This document shows positions 25,201 to 38,075 of a stretch of DNA of 64,000 nucleotides, piece by piece; the stretch's first letter is position 1, and each line of letters opens with the position of its first letter. Source of the DNA: Antedon mediterranea. Lineage: Eukaryota > Animalia > Echinodermata. Both the position numbers and the translations under genes were made by a program. The DNA is taken from positions 4,402,001 to 4,466,000 of the forward strand of contig NC_092674.1 in NCBI RefSeq assembly GCF_964355755.1, in the 5' to 3' direction. The notes beneath the pieces are model-generated. The model was not told where the DNA came from, made no database searches, and worked only from the letters and a program-made list of their open reading frames with translations.

Positions 25201-28200
25201 GGCCACAGAAACAAGATGTACGCACTGTCTTTGGACACGGAGGGCAAGCACCTGTAAATATATAGGTTTTATGCAATAGTTACAACAGAGTTGGTTTCAA
25301 ACCCTGTCACATGTCAGGATTTTTCCTAATGACAAAACATCTGCACTCCCAAAGACTTGTAATAGACTTTGTTTGTAGATCATCTTGTGTATAAGTTTGT
25401 CATGTGAACGGGATTGCCACCTTTAAGAAGGATAGTGAATGAATTCGCTTTATGGTTATGGCAATTTGCCTTAAAATATATAAACAAAACAAATAAAATC
25501 CTTGTTTATCGAACAGCAAACACATGATTTAACAGTTACAGCATGGGAATCACAAAATAAGAAGAAAGAAAAAGTAAAAAAATATTACCTGGATGGCACA
25601 ACAGTAGACACTGGTGATCGCAAAGCGGTAGAAGTGGTTTACTACATGTCTGTCCACACGTGTGAGGGGTCAGCCATGGGTCAGGCCTGGGGTCAACTTC
25701 CTTTCCACAGTGACAAACATAACGTGATGGACACTCAGAGTCTTTGTACTCATATCGACAATTGGGACTGCAAAACAAAATTAGGATCATTTTTTTTGTC
25801 ACTACTGGGTAAAGCTCTGTCTACAATATCAAACTATTTTTACAAAAAATGTGATGTGCCCAAATATTGTAGTGATACCCATGTCCATATATGGGCACAT
25901 TTGTTTTTTCACATAAACTTTGATATTACTGCTGCAAATGTCTAGCTAATAGAAAATTCCATATTTGGCACATTCTTGTGCTTAATGTCCTGTAATACAC
26001 TAGCATGCTTTAAGGTATGTTCACACTGAGCCCGGATTCCGGTCCTGTGGCCAGAGAAAAATTAGTGCTAGTTACGATTTCCGAGTGCTGCATTCACATA
26101 CGCATATTATTATGCTGAATGTCCTGCAATACAGCATTCTTTAGTGTTTTAAAATCAATATTAATCTATAATTTGTGTTAACGTCACCTACCAATGCCAT
26201 AACTTCTCTGCTTCTGGAAAGTTCTCTTCCGAAAGAAAATTCTTTTGAACTGAGCCCTCTCTTGCCCACTTTTGAATGCATTGCAGATGGAGAATACAGT
26301 AACAAGTTTTACAGTACCAAATCTATTTTAAAAAAAACACATATATTCAAGAATTGGATTTTCAAAATGTCTCTATTATGGATGCAGAAAATAAAGCTTA
26401 AATACATAAATAAATGCTAGGGACACTTTCCCCATGAAACAGGCAACGTATGTTTTAACACTACAGTCAACACCGGGGATCACCCCTATTAATGGGACAT
26501 TGTTGGGCCTTGGAGGTGTACCCTTAACAGAGGTTCAGTTCTACTGTATGTGTCTGATGCAAGATGATATTAAATAAATAATACTAAAAGCACTAATGTG
26601 CCATACTGTATATCCAATAAAACTATGATATTAAAAATGTGTACAATTGTAAAAAATCAGTTCATTATGACAGGTAAAATACAAATTTAGAAATAGGACC
26701 AATCCTACCTGTTCTTCTCTTTTAACACTTTCAATACAAATTAGGCAAACTGATTTGTCGTTTTGATTCCCATGAAATTGTTGTTTCTGAGTTGCTCCTA
26801 CAGAGAAAAAGTAAATATAATACATGTAAATTTTTAAATGACTACAGTAGCAGAGGCTCATTGGCGAAACCAGAGCATTAGCAGCCCAAATGCCTCCTAG
26901 GTTAAGGGTCTTTTACACTTGTTCCAGTAAAATTCCAGCACCGGTAAATCAAATCGAACGTCAATGCTTTGTTTTCACTCGGCCACGTGCACATCATTTT
27001 AGCGCATCACTGTAAGTGGCAACACATCTTAATTTTTTTAAACAAATAATTGAACAGCAATATTAATGTTTTTAATGCAAAATAAAGTAGAAAAAAGTAT
27101 TACCTAGGCCCAGTTGTTTGTTGTAATTTTTATATGTAGCCTCCTGAATAACATCATAATTATCCTCATCATCATCTTCAGAAGAGTCGCAATGTTTTTG
27201 TACATTCTGTACGGCTTCTCTCGTTTTTTCTGTATTAACATGGCGGTTCAATCCTCCAACGGCTAGTGGTGTTCCATTCCTTTTGTCTGAAACACCAAAT
27301 ATAATTATAATTATTTAAATATGAAGTACAATAATTGTTAGGTATCAGTCAAGTAATAATCTATCAAATGGGGCCTTGCAATCATGGTAAAACAACAAAC
27401 ATTTTTTTTTAAGAAAAACAGATTTTTAAAGTTTGGATAAAAATCATTAAGACAATAATTATTCACATTGGTTTTTACTAAGCAGTGCCTCAGTAGCACC
27501 CAGTATTTTGATTTGATTTTATTCGATTTCAACATAAGATTACAAGACAATATGAATACAAACAAATGTACAAGCAAATACATTAAATAAGAAACCAAGG
27601 ATAGCCTATAAAGTCTAAAGAAAAATAAACTTCATTCCAATGGGGTCCTTTAAAAACAGCATAGACAAAACAGTATATATGTTATGCGCGATTTGAACGA
27701 TTTGCGCAATTTCAAATTGCGCAATCAAGAAAATCTTTGCGCAATTTTAAATTGCGCTGCACAATTTGTAAATTGCGCAAGATAGTTCTTGCGCAATATG
27801 ACACCTTTGCGCAATTTGAAAACGAACTGTAAATAGTTCAAGATAGTTCTAGGCCTAGGCAGAGGAGTTTAAAATTTAGTATTTTATTATAAATAAATAA
27901 GACCATTTCAATGAAGATAATGTTTAATATTCACTTTTTAAGTTTTTAATATTAGTTTAAGCTAGGCCATGTAACCTAGTCAGTATCAGTAGTCCAGACC
28001 CTAGCTAGGCTAGAGTAGTATAGCCGGCCACCCGCGCCGCGCCCGCCTGGTGGAACACCACCGCTTCGTTTTCCTTCGTCGGTTCTTCGACGGTATGCTA
28101 ACTTATAACAATATTTGCACTACTAAAATAAGGAAATGCGATATTTATCTTTAATTTTGAATCATTCTTAGAAATTACTATAAAAATATGGGTGTGCATG

Positions 28201-28535
28201 ATTTCACAATCTGTCGAAAAACCTTGCGCAATTTGCAGATTACATGCGCAATTTAATACGTTGCTTGCGCAATTTGAAACACATGTTTCAATTCAAATTG
28301 CGCAAGGATTTTTTTTGCGCAATTTCAAATTGCGCAAATCGTTCAAATCGCGCATAACATATACATACAAATCAAACATGCATCACAGAATGACAACTGG
28401 TACTGTACCTTTGTGGGGATGGTCTCCAAAGGCAGTACTTATGTTATTTGCGGTCACATTTGTATCCCTAGACCTTCCTCTGCCACGTCCAGCCTTTCCA
28501 CGGCCCAGAAAAGAATAGGTTGATGGGTCAGTCAT
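19274..28535 (-). CDS. NFXL1: NF-X1-type zinc finger protein NFXL1 (RING, NF-X1 repeats, coiled coil, C-terminal TM)
   Basis: Exons: 28535-28409, 27286-27104, 26797-26709, 26322-26192, 25767-25589, 25251-25093, 24891-24676, 24388-24273, 23812-23590, 23496-23376, 23279-23120, 23010-22897, 22451-22320, 21674-21508, 20831-20651, 20187-20047, 19438-19274. RING 'CLICIESVK…[19 protein letters not shown]…WHCPNCR', '[13 protein letters not shown]', repeated CGxHxCxxxCHxGxC. The hydrophobic tail '[19 protein letters not shown]' and absence of an R3H domain favour NFXL1 over NFX1. Confidence 0.95.
20264..20590. mobile_element. TTAA-flanked MITE, Kolobok-like
   Basis: ttaa|AGATATATTGTTCCCC…GGAAAATACATCT|ttaa. 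Confidence 0.78.
21185..21577. repeat. Recent 196-bp tandem duplication covering the 3' half of an NFXL1 exon and its donor site
   Basis: 21185-21380 and 21381-21577 are near identical (one visible substitution). Explains the twin ORFs at 21200 and 21396. Confidence 0.9.
22012..22082 (+). mobile_element. L2/SINE-type 3' tail inserted in a MITE cluster
   Basis: AGCGCCAT…ATGGCGCT stem, ATATAAAT, then a (GATT)n tail. Confidence 0.55.
22485..22739. mobile_element. Tc1/pogo-like MITE with internal AGGGGACAC repeats
   Basis: Ends …GTGTCCCCTTAATAGAG…TACTGTA. Relatives at about 24102-24250, 26462-26548, 38815-38857 and 59843-59870. Confidence 0.65.
24430..24672. repeat. Intronic minisatellite, about 40-bp unit x6
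   Basis: Unit aaatcttgctggaggaaagcaatgacagactgctgccact, starting at an NFXL1 donor site. Confidence 0.9.
27680..28359. mobile_element. Long-TIR non-autonomous element with TGT…ACA ends and TATA flanks (Ginger-like, tentative)
   Basis: tata|TGTTATGCGCGATTTGAACGATTTGCGCAATTT…AAATTGCGCAAATCGTTCAAATCGCGCATAACA|tata. Confidence 0.75.
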
Positions 28536-29091
28536 CTTTATCTGGTGATAGGAACAGTTGTTTGTCTAGTATTATATCACACAGTAGTGCAGTATACTGT
28601 ACCTTATTAGCATGTTATTGCATTATAGATTCTATATTAAATAAAATATTGATGTTTTTTATATTTTACAATAATCTAATCATTATGTTAATCAAAATTA
28701 AGAGTCATAATTAATCATGGAGGTACAAAATAAATGTATTTATTTTCATTATTTATTTATTACCTCCATGCATGCAGCACAGTACAGATGATTGGTCCTC
28801 TCTTTTAATACTCTACACACTACTGTACTCAGGCTAGACTACTCACTCAGGCCGCAGGCTGATCGACTCTCTAGGCTACTGTATACTTTATGCTAGGCCT
28901 ATTATAGGCCTGTAGGCCTAGCTAGGCTAGGCCCTAGAGCTAGTAGTAGGCCCACTACACAAACATACAGCTCAGCAGACTGCTGACGCTGGCTGCTATT
29001 CTATTAAATTTGTTTACAAATAATTATATCATAGATTAGGCCCTACTCATATATTACTAACAAAATTACTATTTATTTATTAAATAACCAC

Positions 29092-29631
29092 CTGTTTTCA
29101 TAGAAGCAAGAAAATACCAGCATTGCCATTATGTTGACGTTTGACAACGAAATGAATGAGAAAAAAAGAAAGTGAACGACCGGGAACAGTTTATGAGTTA
29201 CGCCCTCATTACAAAATATTTTTCATTTTCCAATTTTGGTTTTTCCATGATTTTTCTTTTAAAATTCGTCATCGGTGTAGCGAAGAAGCCTGTAATGACT
29301 TTATAAAACATTATGGGATAAACTACTATGTTTGAATGTTCTAGTGCATCCTAGAAACTTGTCTAAAAACTAATAATTCAAGTCGGTGTGAGGGTTAGTC
29401 TCTTCAGTGCCGTTATGTATACATTAGAAAGATAATGACTTGATGTTTAGAACCAGTGTGGATAAAAAGTGCCTGGACGTAAAAATATGATTAACCTTTG
29501 ACCTTCTCCATCCGACTTCCCTTCCTTTCAGGAGTAAACGTTTGTATATTTCCTAGATAATTGTCATTTTATCTGTTTATAAACATGTTTCATGATTGTA
29601 AATGAAATAATACCATAATTCATAATTTCGT
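29092..29631. promoter_or_regulatory. Putative bidirectional promoter NFXL1 - UBE3A
   Basis: Minus-strand donor (CAG|GTGGTT, 29092) of a probable NFXL1 5'UTR exon lies about 540 bp from the first UBE3A ATG. Confidence 0.6.
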
Positions 29632-32600
29632 ATGAATCCACTAGAGTCAAATTCTGACAGTAGCTTGGGAGCAGCGGCCCAAGAAAGGTAAGGTAAAATC
29701 CCACCCACAGCAACAACACAACAACACTACAGTCAGTCAGTTTCACACACAGCAGAGAAGCTCAGCCACCCAGCCCAGTTTGCTGGAATTGCTGGTGCCT
29801 CCACCTTACTTTATCCTCCTCTTCTAGTCTAATCGCATTTCTTTAGCAACTGGGCCTAGCATTTTTTGAAATGGTTTTATTTTTTATTTTGTAGTACTGT
29901 AAAATCTATAAAATCAACGACACAAGAAACTGGTGAAGAGATGTAAGTTAGCCTAATTTTTTAAAACTTCATATTAATTTATATATATTTATAGGCTAGC
30001 CTAGGCCTATCCTATATATATATATGCATATACAAAATAAAAAGAAATATACCTAGGGCCTAGGCCTTTTTTATATATAGACTGACACATAATTAACTAT
30101 TTTATTAGAGATATGGCATAAAAATAACAAATGAATGTTGGTATTATTATGTATAGTAGGGCCATGATGGTTTTATTTTATAAAACTTTTCCTTTTCTAG
30201 AGCATTGCTTTAATTTTTGATTCTGTTTAATCGTTTTAATGTTCATTCATGTTCTTTAGGAAGCGAGCTGCACAGCATTTAATCGAACGCTACTTTTACC
30301 AACTGGTTCAGGGTTGTGGTAATGTTGAGTGTACAAATGAACACTGCGCATCCAATTGTAAGCAGGCTAAGATATCCAGCAACGAAGCTGCAGTTAAAGC
30401 TATTGAACTGGTCAAGATGAAAGCCAAACTGTGTGATTCTTGTCCTACCAAGCAAAGAAAAAAGTACAAACTAGCATCAACAGCAAGCAGCGCAGCTAGT
30501 GTAGCCCCAGATCAGCCGGACAAACCCCAAGAACAATCTACAACCAAAGACAAACAAGCTAGTGAAAAAGGTAAGTTGGTTTTTGTTTTTGTTCACAGAA
30601 ATTATGGATTATTTTTAGCAAATTCATATCTTTGATTATATTACTTAAATTCAGTCTATTTTTACAACAAAATTCATACAGTTTAATGCTGTAGTTAATA
30701 ATTATTGTTCTTATGTTGGAGAAAACTTACAAGCAAAGCTTTAAAGCTCTGTCTACACTATCAAAGTTTATGTGACAAAATTTGCCCATATATGGATATG
30801 ATGATGTCATATTACTACCATATTTGGGTATATCACTACCATATTTACCCACATCACACTTTTTTGTCAAACTAGTTTGATAGTGTAGACAGAGCTTAAG
30901 ATTAGTTATATACAATTATTTCTCTTTGTAATATGTATAATAGTAAGTTTGTTTTCTTTTGCAGTTGCAGCTAAAGTTAGTTTTGTTACTGAAGAAATTA
31001 TAACAGAAAAAATAAACATATTAAAAGAAAGCAAGTCGGCAAGTCCATTAGTTCGTTTAATTGGCAGTGTATTCTCAGATTGGCAGGCTTTAAACCGAAG
31101 CTTCTTGAAAAGGAAACCGCTTACAAAAGAGGAGAAAAGCGCTTTAAGCGAGGACAAGGACAAAGATACTGATGAATGCGACGCTGCTTCTTGTAGCTAC
31201 AGTAGACAAAGTAGTGAACTGGATGAACCTTCAGAATTAGACCTTGATGCTCTCAAGCGCGTATACACTGCTTTACAAAGTTGTGAACAACCTAATATAA
31301 TTAACGCATTGCAAAATGCAATTGATTCGCTTGCTTCCACCGTGGAGATGGAAGCCAGATGGAACTACGATCTTAAGGACAAACCAGAGATGTTGAACTT
31401 CATTTTGATCATCATGGAGAATCCAATGCTGCAGAGTCCGGAGTTCCTGGATTTATCACTGCCACGGTTTTGTAAAGCGGTCGCCTCTTTACCGCTCGCT
31501 GCTCAGGCTAACCTTGTCAATAAGTATTCAAAGTTTTCGCCCGAAAATCTAAAGACAAAACTTGATACGCTACAGCAACTTGTAACGTACAAGGCCATCA
31601 CAGGAACTTTTCGTAATATTCAACAAATGCATGTGAATGATGACTCCGCGATTACTAATGCGACAAAGTTTATGCGTATTATCTATTATGCGAGTATTCT
31701 TGGTGGTACTTTAGATGTATCGTCCTATAAAGCAACCCCGGATGAAGAAACCGACTGGCGCGACATGCTTGGTGCAGTCGGACCAGAAAATAAAGATCGT
31801 AAAGTACCGGTCCGGGACGAACTCGAAAAAGCACTTGGCATCGATGTACTTACGAGTACTAAGCCACTTATTCCATTTTCCGAATTTTACAATGAACCGC
31901 TTAACGAGCAACTTGAGGTCGATCATGATTTCACGCATTTTAAAAATCATGATCCCGATAAGTTTTCATTTCTCAACTTCCCGTTCATTTTGTTGCCGGC
32001 CACTAAGAATCAAGGCTTGTTTTACGACAACAGAATACGCATGTTTAACGAGCGCAGGATGACGGTATTGCATAGTTTAGTACAAGGAGATCAGTTCAAT
32101 CCTTATCTTAAATTGAAAGTTAGACGTGATCATGTCGTAGATGACGCTCTAGTGAGGGTGAGTTTTAATGTACATTCGCTTGATAGCCTTGTTTGATTTT
32201 AATTCCCGCTTTACCTTAAGGCTAATTTACACAGACGAGTGGTAACGGTAAACGGAAAACCGCATAGCTTGGCCCACATAGAATCTGTATCTATCCTAGG
32301 TAGAAACCACCTGTCTGCTCCATGTTGTGTGTAAATGATCATAAAGAATAACATAGATTCTATATTTTTATTACCGTTTACCGCTCGTCTGTTTAACGTA
32401 AGTCTATTATTCTTAATGGAATGTTCCATTTTTCTCAAAGTCATAGCAATAAGCCAAATATTAATGGCTTATTTTGGTTTATTCAAGTGAGTAACTATTG
32501 ATTTTATTCTGTAATTCTGAACTGAATATTAACGCAATTTTTGTAAATTACAGTTGGAGCTGATCGCAATGGACAATCCAGGAGATTTGAAGAAACAGTT

Positions 32601-35600
32601 GTTTGTGGAGTTTCAAGGAGAGCAAGGTGTCGATGAGGGCGGTGTTTCTAAAGAGTTTTTTCAGTTGGTTATACAAGAAATCTTTAATCCTGACATAGGT
32701 AATTTTCAGGTTGTTGTCACCTCAATTGGCATCATTTTTTTATTTATTAAGAAAATATATGTATTATTTGTGGAAAATTAATAAACAACAAAAACAACTT
32801 TTTTTCCTGTGAATACTGTTTCGGCGAGCTCTCATATGGGAGTTTCAAAGTGCTGGAGAATGGAGCAGTGTAAATGGTTCCTCTGCTTTTCTTTATTTGG
32901 TTAATAGGATATTTTATGGATAATTTTTGTGTGTAAAGTGCTTAGAAATATTGTATTAGGCACTAAGACTACCATTATTATTATTTGTTATCACTGTTAG
33001 TCATCATCATTCATTTTTTTATGACAGGTATGTTTGTGGAAAATGAAGAAAACAAAACGTATTGGTTCAATACAATGAGTTTTGAATCTGATCGACAGTT
33101 CACTTTAATTGGTGTTGTGCTAGGCTTAGCAATCTACAACAACATTATTCTAAACGTCCAGTTTCCCATGACGCTCTATCGCAAGCTTTTGGGAAAGCGT
33201 GCTACATTTAACGACATGTTAGAATGTAAACCAGTAAGTCAAACTGCATTTTGGATTCTACTCTTTTGCATTAATAATGGATTCACGTCCAGTCTTAAGC
33301 TCTGTCTACACTATCAAACTTTATGTGACAAAAAAATTGTGATGGATGATGTCATATCACTACCATATTTTGGTACATCACACTTCTTTTGTAATATACT
33401 GTAATTCTATACAACACTCCACACAGAGATAAAACTCCCCAGGTATTTTTATATTCCATTTGAGTTCATTACATTTTTATTCTAGAGCTTATAAATATTG
33501 AAACTTAATGAATTGAATGAATCTTTCCTCCTCATGAATATTCATATCCTTCCTCATAAATATTTATATCCTTTCTCCTCATAAATATTCATATCCTTCC
33601 TTCTCATGAATATTCATATCTTTCCTCGTGAATAGTAATAAATTATATCGCACTTGTTAAGATAGCCATGTTTTTTATGTTTATCTGGGTTATTATTTCA
33701 TAAACAATAATATTTATATCTTATATTTTGTGACAGGTTCTGTACAACAGTATGAAATCCTTGTTAGAATATGAAGGGAATGTGGAGGAGGATTTTATGC
33801 AGACATTCAGCGTTGGTATGAGCGACGTATTTGGTGGTTCCAAGAGACAAAAATTGAAAGAGGATGGAGATAAGATACCATTAACTAATGACAATAGACA
33901 GGTAAAAGAAACTGGTATTGTTTTTTTGTCCTATTTAATGGGATGTTAAGACCTGTGCACATATAGTGCATGTTAAAGAATGTAAGACCAACTCATTCAG
34001 TGTCGTACTACGAGGCCCGATGAAATGTCTTAACTCGTCGGTGCTGTCCGAGTTGACCTGTACACTATTCGGAAAAATAGGACATCATCTTCCGGTGTGC
34101 TGATCTAGTAGGCGCTGCACTGCTAGCTTCCGTGGGGGCGTGGAGGGCCTAATCCGAATTTCCAGTTAAGCTTGACTAAATCGAATATATACCTTTAACT
34201 GCTGGTAGAATGGACCATGGATGTAATTTATATACAGGTGGTCAACTATATTTAAAAGAGCTTACTTTGAACTAGTGATAAATAGAGATAGGGTATTAAT
34301 AGATATTACTTTTAATTCATATATTAAATTTCATTTTCAGGAGTTTGTTGATCTGTATGCAGACTTCATCTTGAACAGGTCAGTTAGCAAACAATTTCAG
34401 GCTTTTAAACGTGGTTTTGATATGGTCACCGATGAAAGCCCTCTCAAGATATGGTTTAGACCAGAGGAGGTTGAGCTGTTGGTTTGCGGTAACAAGGTAA
34501 TTCTAATTATACATATTAGGGCACAAATGTCAAACTAGTTTGATAGTCTAGACAAGGTTTAAGAGCAGTTTCATGCTCAACTCCGTATCTCTAGGAGTTT
34601 AGTAAGTTTTTCAGTACCTTAAAGACCCCTTCCCTGCAAAAACGTAGGGAAGGGGGCTTTAAGCAAGGATTGTCATAGCTTAAGGCACAGGAAATAAAAG
34701 AACAATTTACCTCAGTAATTTTTTTTTTTTTATCAGCCCCACAATTAAAAACCTTGTATTTTGGATACAAAATTAATTTACTCATTCAAGTATAGGATAC
34801 GATTGTTGAAATTATACGATTGTTTTCTAGTATTTTGATTTTGAATCGTTGGAGGGTTCTACAGAATACGACGGTGGATACAGTAACACAACGCCTGTGA
34901 TCAAGTAAGTGTTACCATACATTGCACATCTCTTACAGAGCCATGCTGCTCATAGGCCCAGTGGCCACTTTATTTATTTATCTATCTAACTTTGTTTTAT
35001 GAAAGTAGATCTTACAGCTGTGCGAATCCAATTTTGTGGGAGACCTTTGGAGATTTCACAGGGGACCTCTGTGAAATTTCTGGATAAAAACACTGATGAG
35101 AGGCCTGTTTTTGTTCCAAGTTGTCCCGATTTCGTACTGCGCGCATGTATTGCCCTGATTTAAACTGACCTATAATAGTAATCAAATAGCGCGCACAGGT
35201 ACGCTTTCTTTCCGAGATTTCTCCGGGTTCGCGTATGCATGGGAAAACGTGTAATACATCAGGAGATCAAACCTGGTTTGTTGTTGTTACAAGTCGTAAC
35301 AATTTATGCAGATGTGAAAAGGATATTACGGTAATTAATAGTATTAATTGTTTTATAGATATTTTTGGGAAGTAGTAAATGCGTTCTCAGACGAACAGAA
35401 GAAGCAGTTACTGATGTTTACAACTGGTAGTGATCGAGTCCCTGTTGGTGGTCTTGCCAAGTTGCGATTAATCATAGCAAAAAATGGTCCCGACTCGAAC
35501 AGGTAAGAATGACTTATAGTTCTATTTCAACTATATAGATGTTGAAAAACAGTTTCTTTGCATAATTTGGATAAATGGAATTCACTACGAGATGAGATGA

Positions 35601-36318
35601 TCTCTGTACCTAGTGTAAAGTTATTCTTATTATAAAGAAACTCAACACTACTACACTATCAAACTTTATGTGACAAAAAAATGTGATGTGCCCGTATATG
35701 GACATGATGATGATGTCATACCACTCCCATATTTGAGAATATCACAACCATATTTAGGCACATCACAATTTTTGATAGTGTAGACAGAGCTCATGAAATA
35801 AAGGGTCAATTTAATATCAAGTATAGCTCATACGATACATGTATAGGTTTATTTAGTTAAGTTTATGTACAATTCAGTATGTCTTAGATCCTAGTCTCAT
35901 CATGTACAGAAAGTAGTCTTGTATCCAAATAGAAGTCTTATATCTGGCCAAGCAGTTTTAAGGCCAAGCACAGTCTCACGTTCCGGTAGTAGTCTAAAGC
36001 TCTGTTTACACTATCAACCTAGTTTGACAAAAAAAGTGTGATGTACCCAAATATGGTAGTGATATGCCCAAATACGGTAGTGATACAACATTTTTTGTCA
36101 CATAAGTTTGATAGTGTAGACAGAGCTTAATATACCAGTAGTGGTCTTTAATTGGAACCAATACCCCTATAATAAAATGGTTATATTTTGTTGACAGACT
36201 ACCAACAGCCCACACCTGCTTCAATGTTCTTTTACTACCAGAATATGCAACCAGAGAGAAACTAAAGGACCGTCTCGTCAAAGCGATCACACATGCCAAG
36301 GGTTTCGGTATGCTGTAA
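29632..36318 (+). CDS. UBE3A: HECT E3 ubiquitin ligase UBE3A/E6AP
   Basis: Exons: 29632-29687 and 29895-29942 (putative N-extension, lower confidence), 30260-30570 (AZUL: [31 protein letters not shown]), 30965-32157, 32554-32698, 33028-33233, 33737-33901, 34341-34496, 34831-34904, 35359-35502 and 36198-36318 ([17 protein letters not shown]…AKGFGML*, catalytic Cys and E6AP-type C-terminus). Confidence 0.96.
30745..30896. mobile_element. Harbinger-type MITE family A copy
   Basis: taa|AGCTCTGTCTACACTATCAAA…TTTGATAGTGTAGACAGAGCT|taa. Confidence 0.88.
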
Positions 36319-37789
36319 GTGAATGTAATTATTAACCAATTATATATTGGTATGTTACAAACTGTCCAAAACAGGATTTTTTTATGGTAGCCAGCCCTGA
36401 CTGATTTTTGTTATGCACATGTGAGGCTGGTCTATTTATAGCCTTAAATGTACCTACTGTTTATAGCCTAAGCTCGATTCCCACTAGCGACACAACATAT
36501 GCAATGTAAGAAAGTGCCCTTCCAATAATTGTGTTTGCACCCAACTGCGTGAAATCAAACCTGTGATGTTTGCAGCACTGTTGCGTCGTCGGTTTCCACT
36601 TGTGATTACGCAATACAGCACTTTGCGTCAAAACTTTGATGCACTGCATCGCTAGTGAAACCACGCTTGTGCAGTAGATGACATAGCCAGATTTGACTTG
36701 AATTTGACTTAAATACTCATATAATTGGTTTGGCTAATAAGTGACCATATGGCTTATTATTGGACATGCAGACAAACTAACGATCTAAGGTACTCTTTAA
36801 TAATCTCCTATATTGCTTCTTGTTGACTTGGTGTATTCATTCGGGAGCTTTCGATTTAAAAAAAACCCTAGGAAGAAGTTTGGTCACAGTTTTGGTGCGG
36901 TATCAATGTGTAGGTCAAAGGTCATCACAAATAGAAAGCTTCCTATTTCCATTTATTGGTACTTTAATTCACAACCTAATTGGTAGATAAAGTCACTAAC
37001 CGCTTTTGATAAACAGCCTCACTGGTACTTAGTTATAATAAATTCAATAATTCAAATAAAATTCACTGAAGAAATGGAAGGTGTGACCGAAAAGAGGTGA
37101 ACGAAAGAATGAAGAGGTGACCGAAAGAATGAAGAGGTGACCGATAGAATGAAGAGGTGACCGAAAGTAATGTATAATTACAGTAAAGTGTATAAAATTG
37201 GGAAAATAGTGAAAAATGAAAATAAACAAATTTTTTTTCATTTTTTTCAAATAAAATATTTAAAATGCCACCTTTACAATAAAAACGTACTTTTGATGCA
37301 TTAATAAAAAAAAATTAAGTTTGAGCATATTGATATTGGTTTTTATTGTAGAGATCTAGATTTGTTATTTAAAGTGAAGCATAAGCAGCATAGTTACTAT
37401 TATACAATTTAATATAGTAGATTACATTTAATATTATTGTAATATTTATTATTTGAAAAAAAACCAAAATTGATGATTTAGGACATAGTTGACAGACTTT
37501 GGATATACTATTTTCAAGTTGAGAAAATAACTATCTAACATGTAGATTTCTTTCTATGGTTTTCTAACAACTTGTATTTTAAATTTGACCCACTGTTAAT
37601 CTCAATTTGACCCACTGTTAATCTCACACAGCGTAGGCCAAATAGATAGGATCTACATGTTAGAATTCAATTAAAGGTATTTTACACACAGCTTTTGGTC
37701 GTCCCGACAGACCATATGTAAAATGTAGGTCCTACTGTGTTGAATGCAAGATGGGAAATGAACAATATATCTTCCCTTATATGGTACCA

Positions 37790-38075
37790 TATAAGCCTTA
37801 TATGGTTAGATGATTATCATCTTTCCTTATATGGTTAGATGATTATCATCTTTCCTTATATGGTTAGATGATTATCATCTTTCCTTATATGGTAAGAAGA
37901 TTATCATCTTTCCTTATATGGTAAGATGATTATCATCTTTCCTTATATGGTAAGATGATTATCATCTTTCCTTATATGGTTAGATGATTATCATCTTTCT
38001 TTATATGGTAAGAAGATTATCATCTTTCCTTATATGGTTAGATGATTATCATCTTTCTTTATATGGTTAGATGAT
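37790..38075. repeat. 29-bp minisatellite, about 9.5 copies, in the probable UBE3A 3'UTR
   Basis: Unit cttatatggttagatgattatcatctttc. Confidence 0.92.

Noticed and set aside
31711-32062. Overlapping ORFs within the large UBE3A exon (similarly 1451-2096 and 5552-5767)
   Set aside because: Shadow frames of real coding exons, with no independent evidence.
32815-32845. Hammerhead ribozyme-like fragments (also near 34005, 35092 and 46580)
   Set aside because: None shows a complete CUGANGA…GAAA core with supporting stems.
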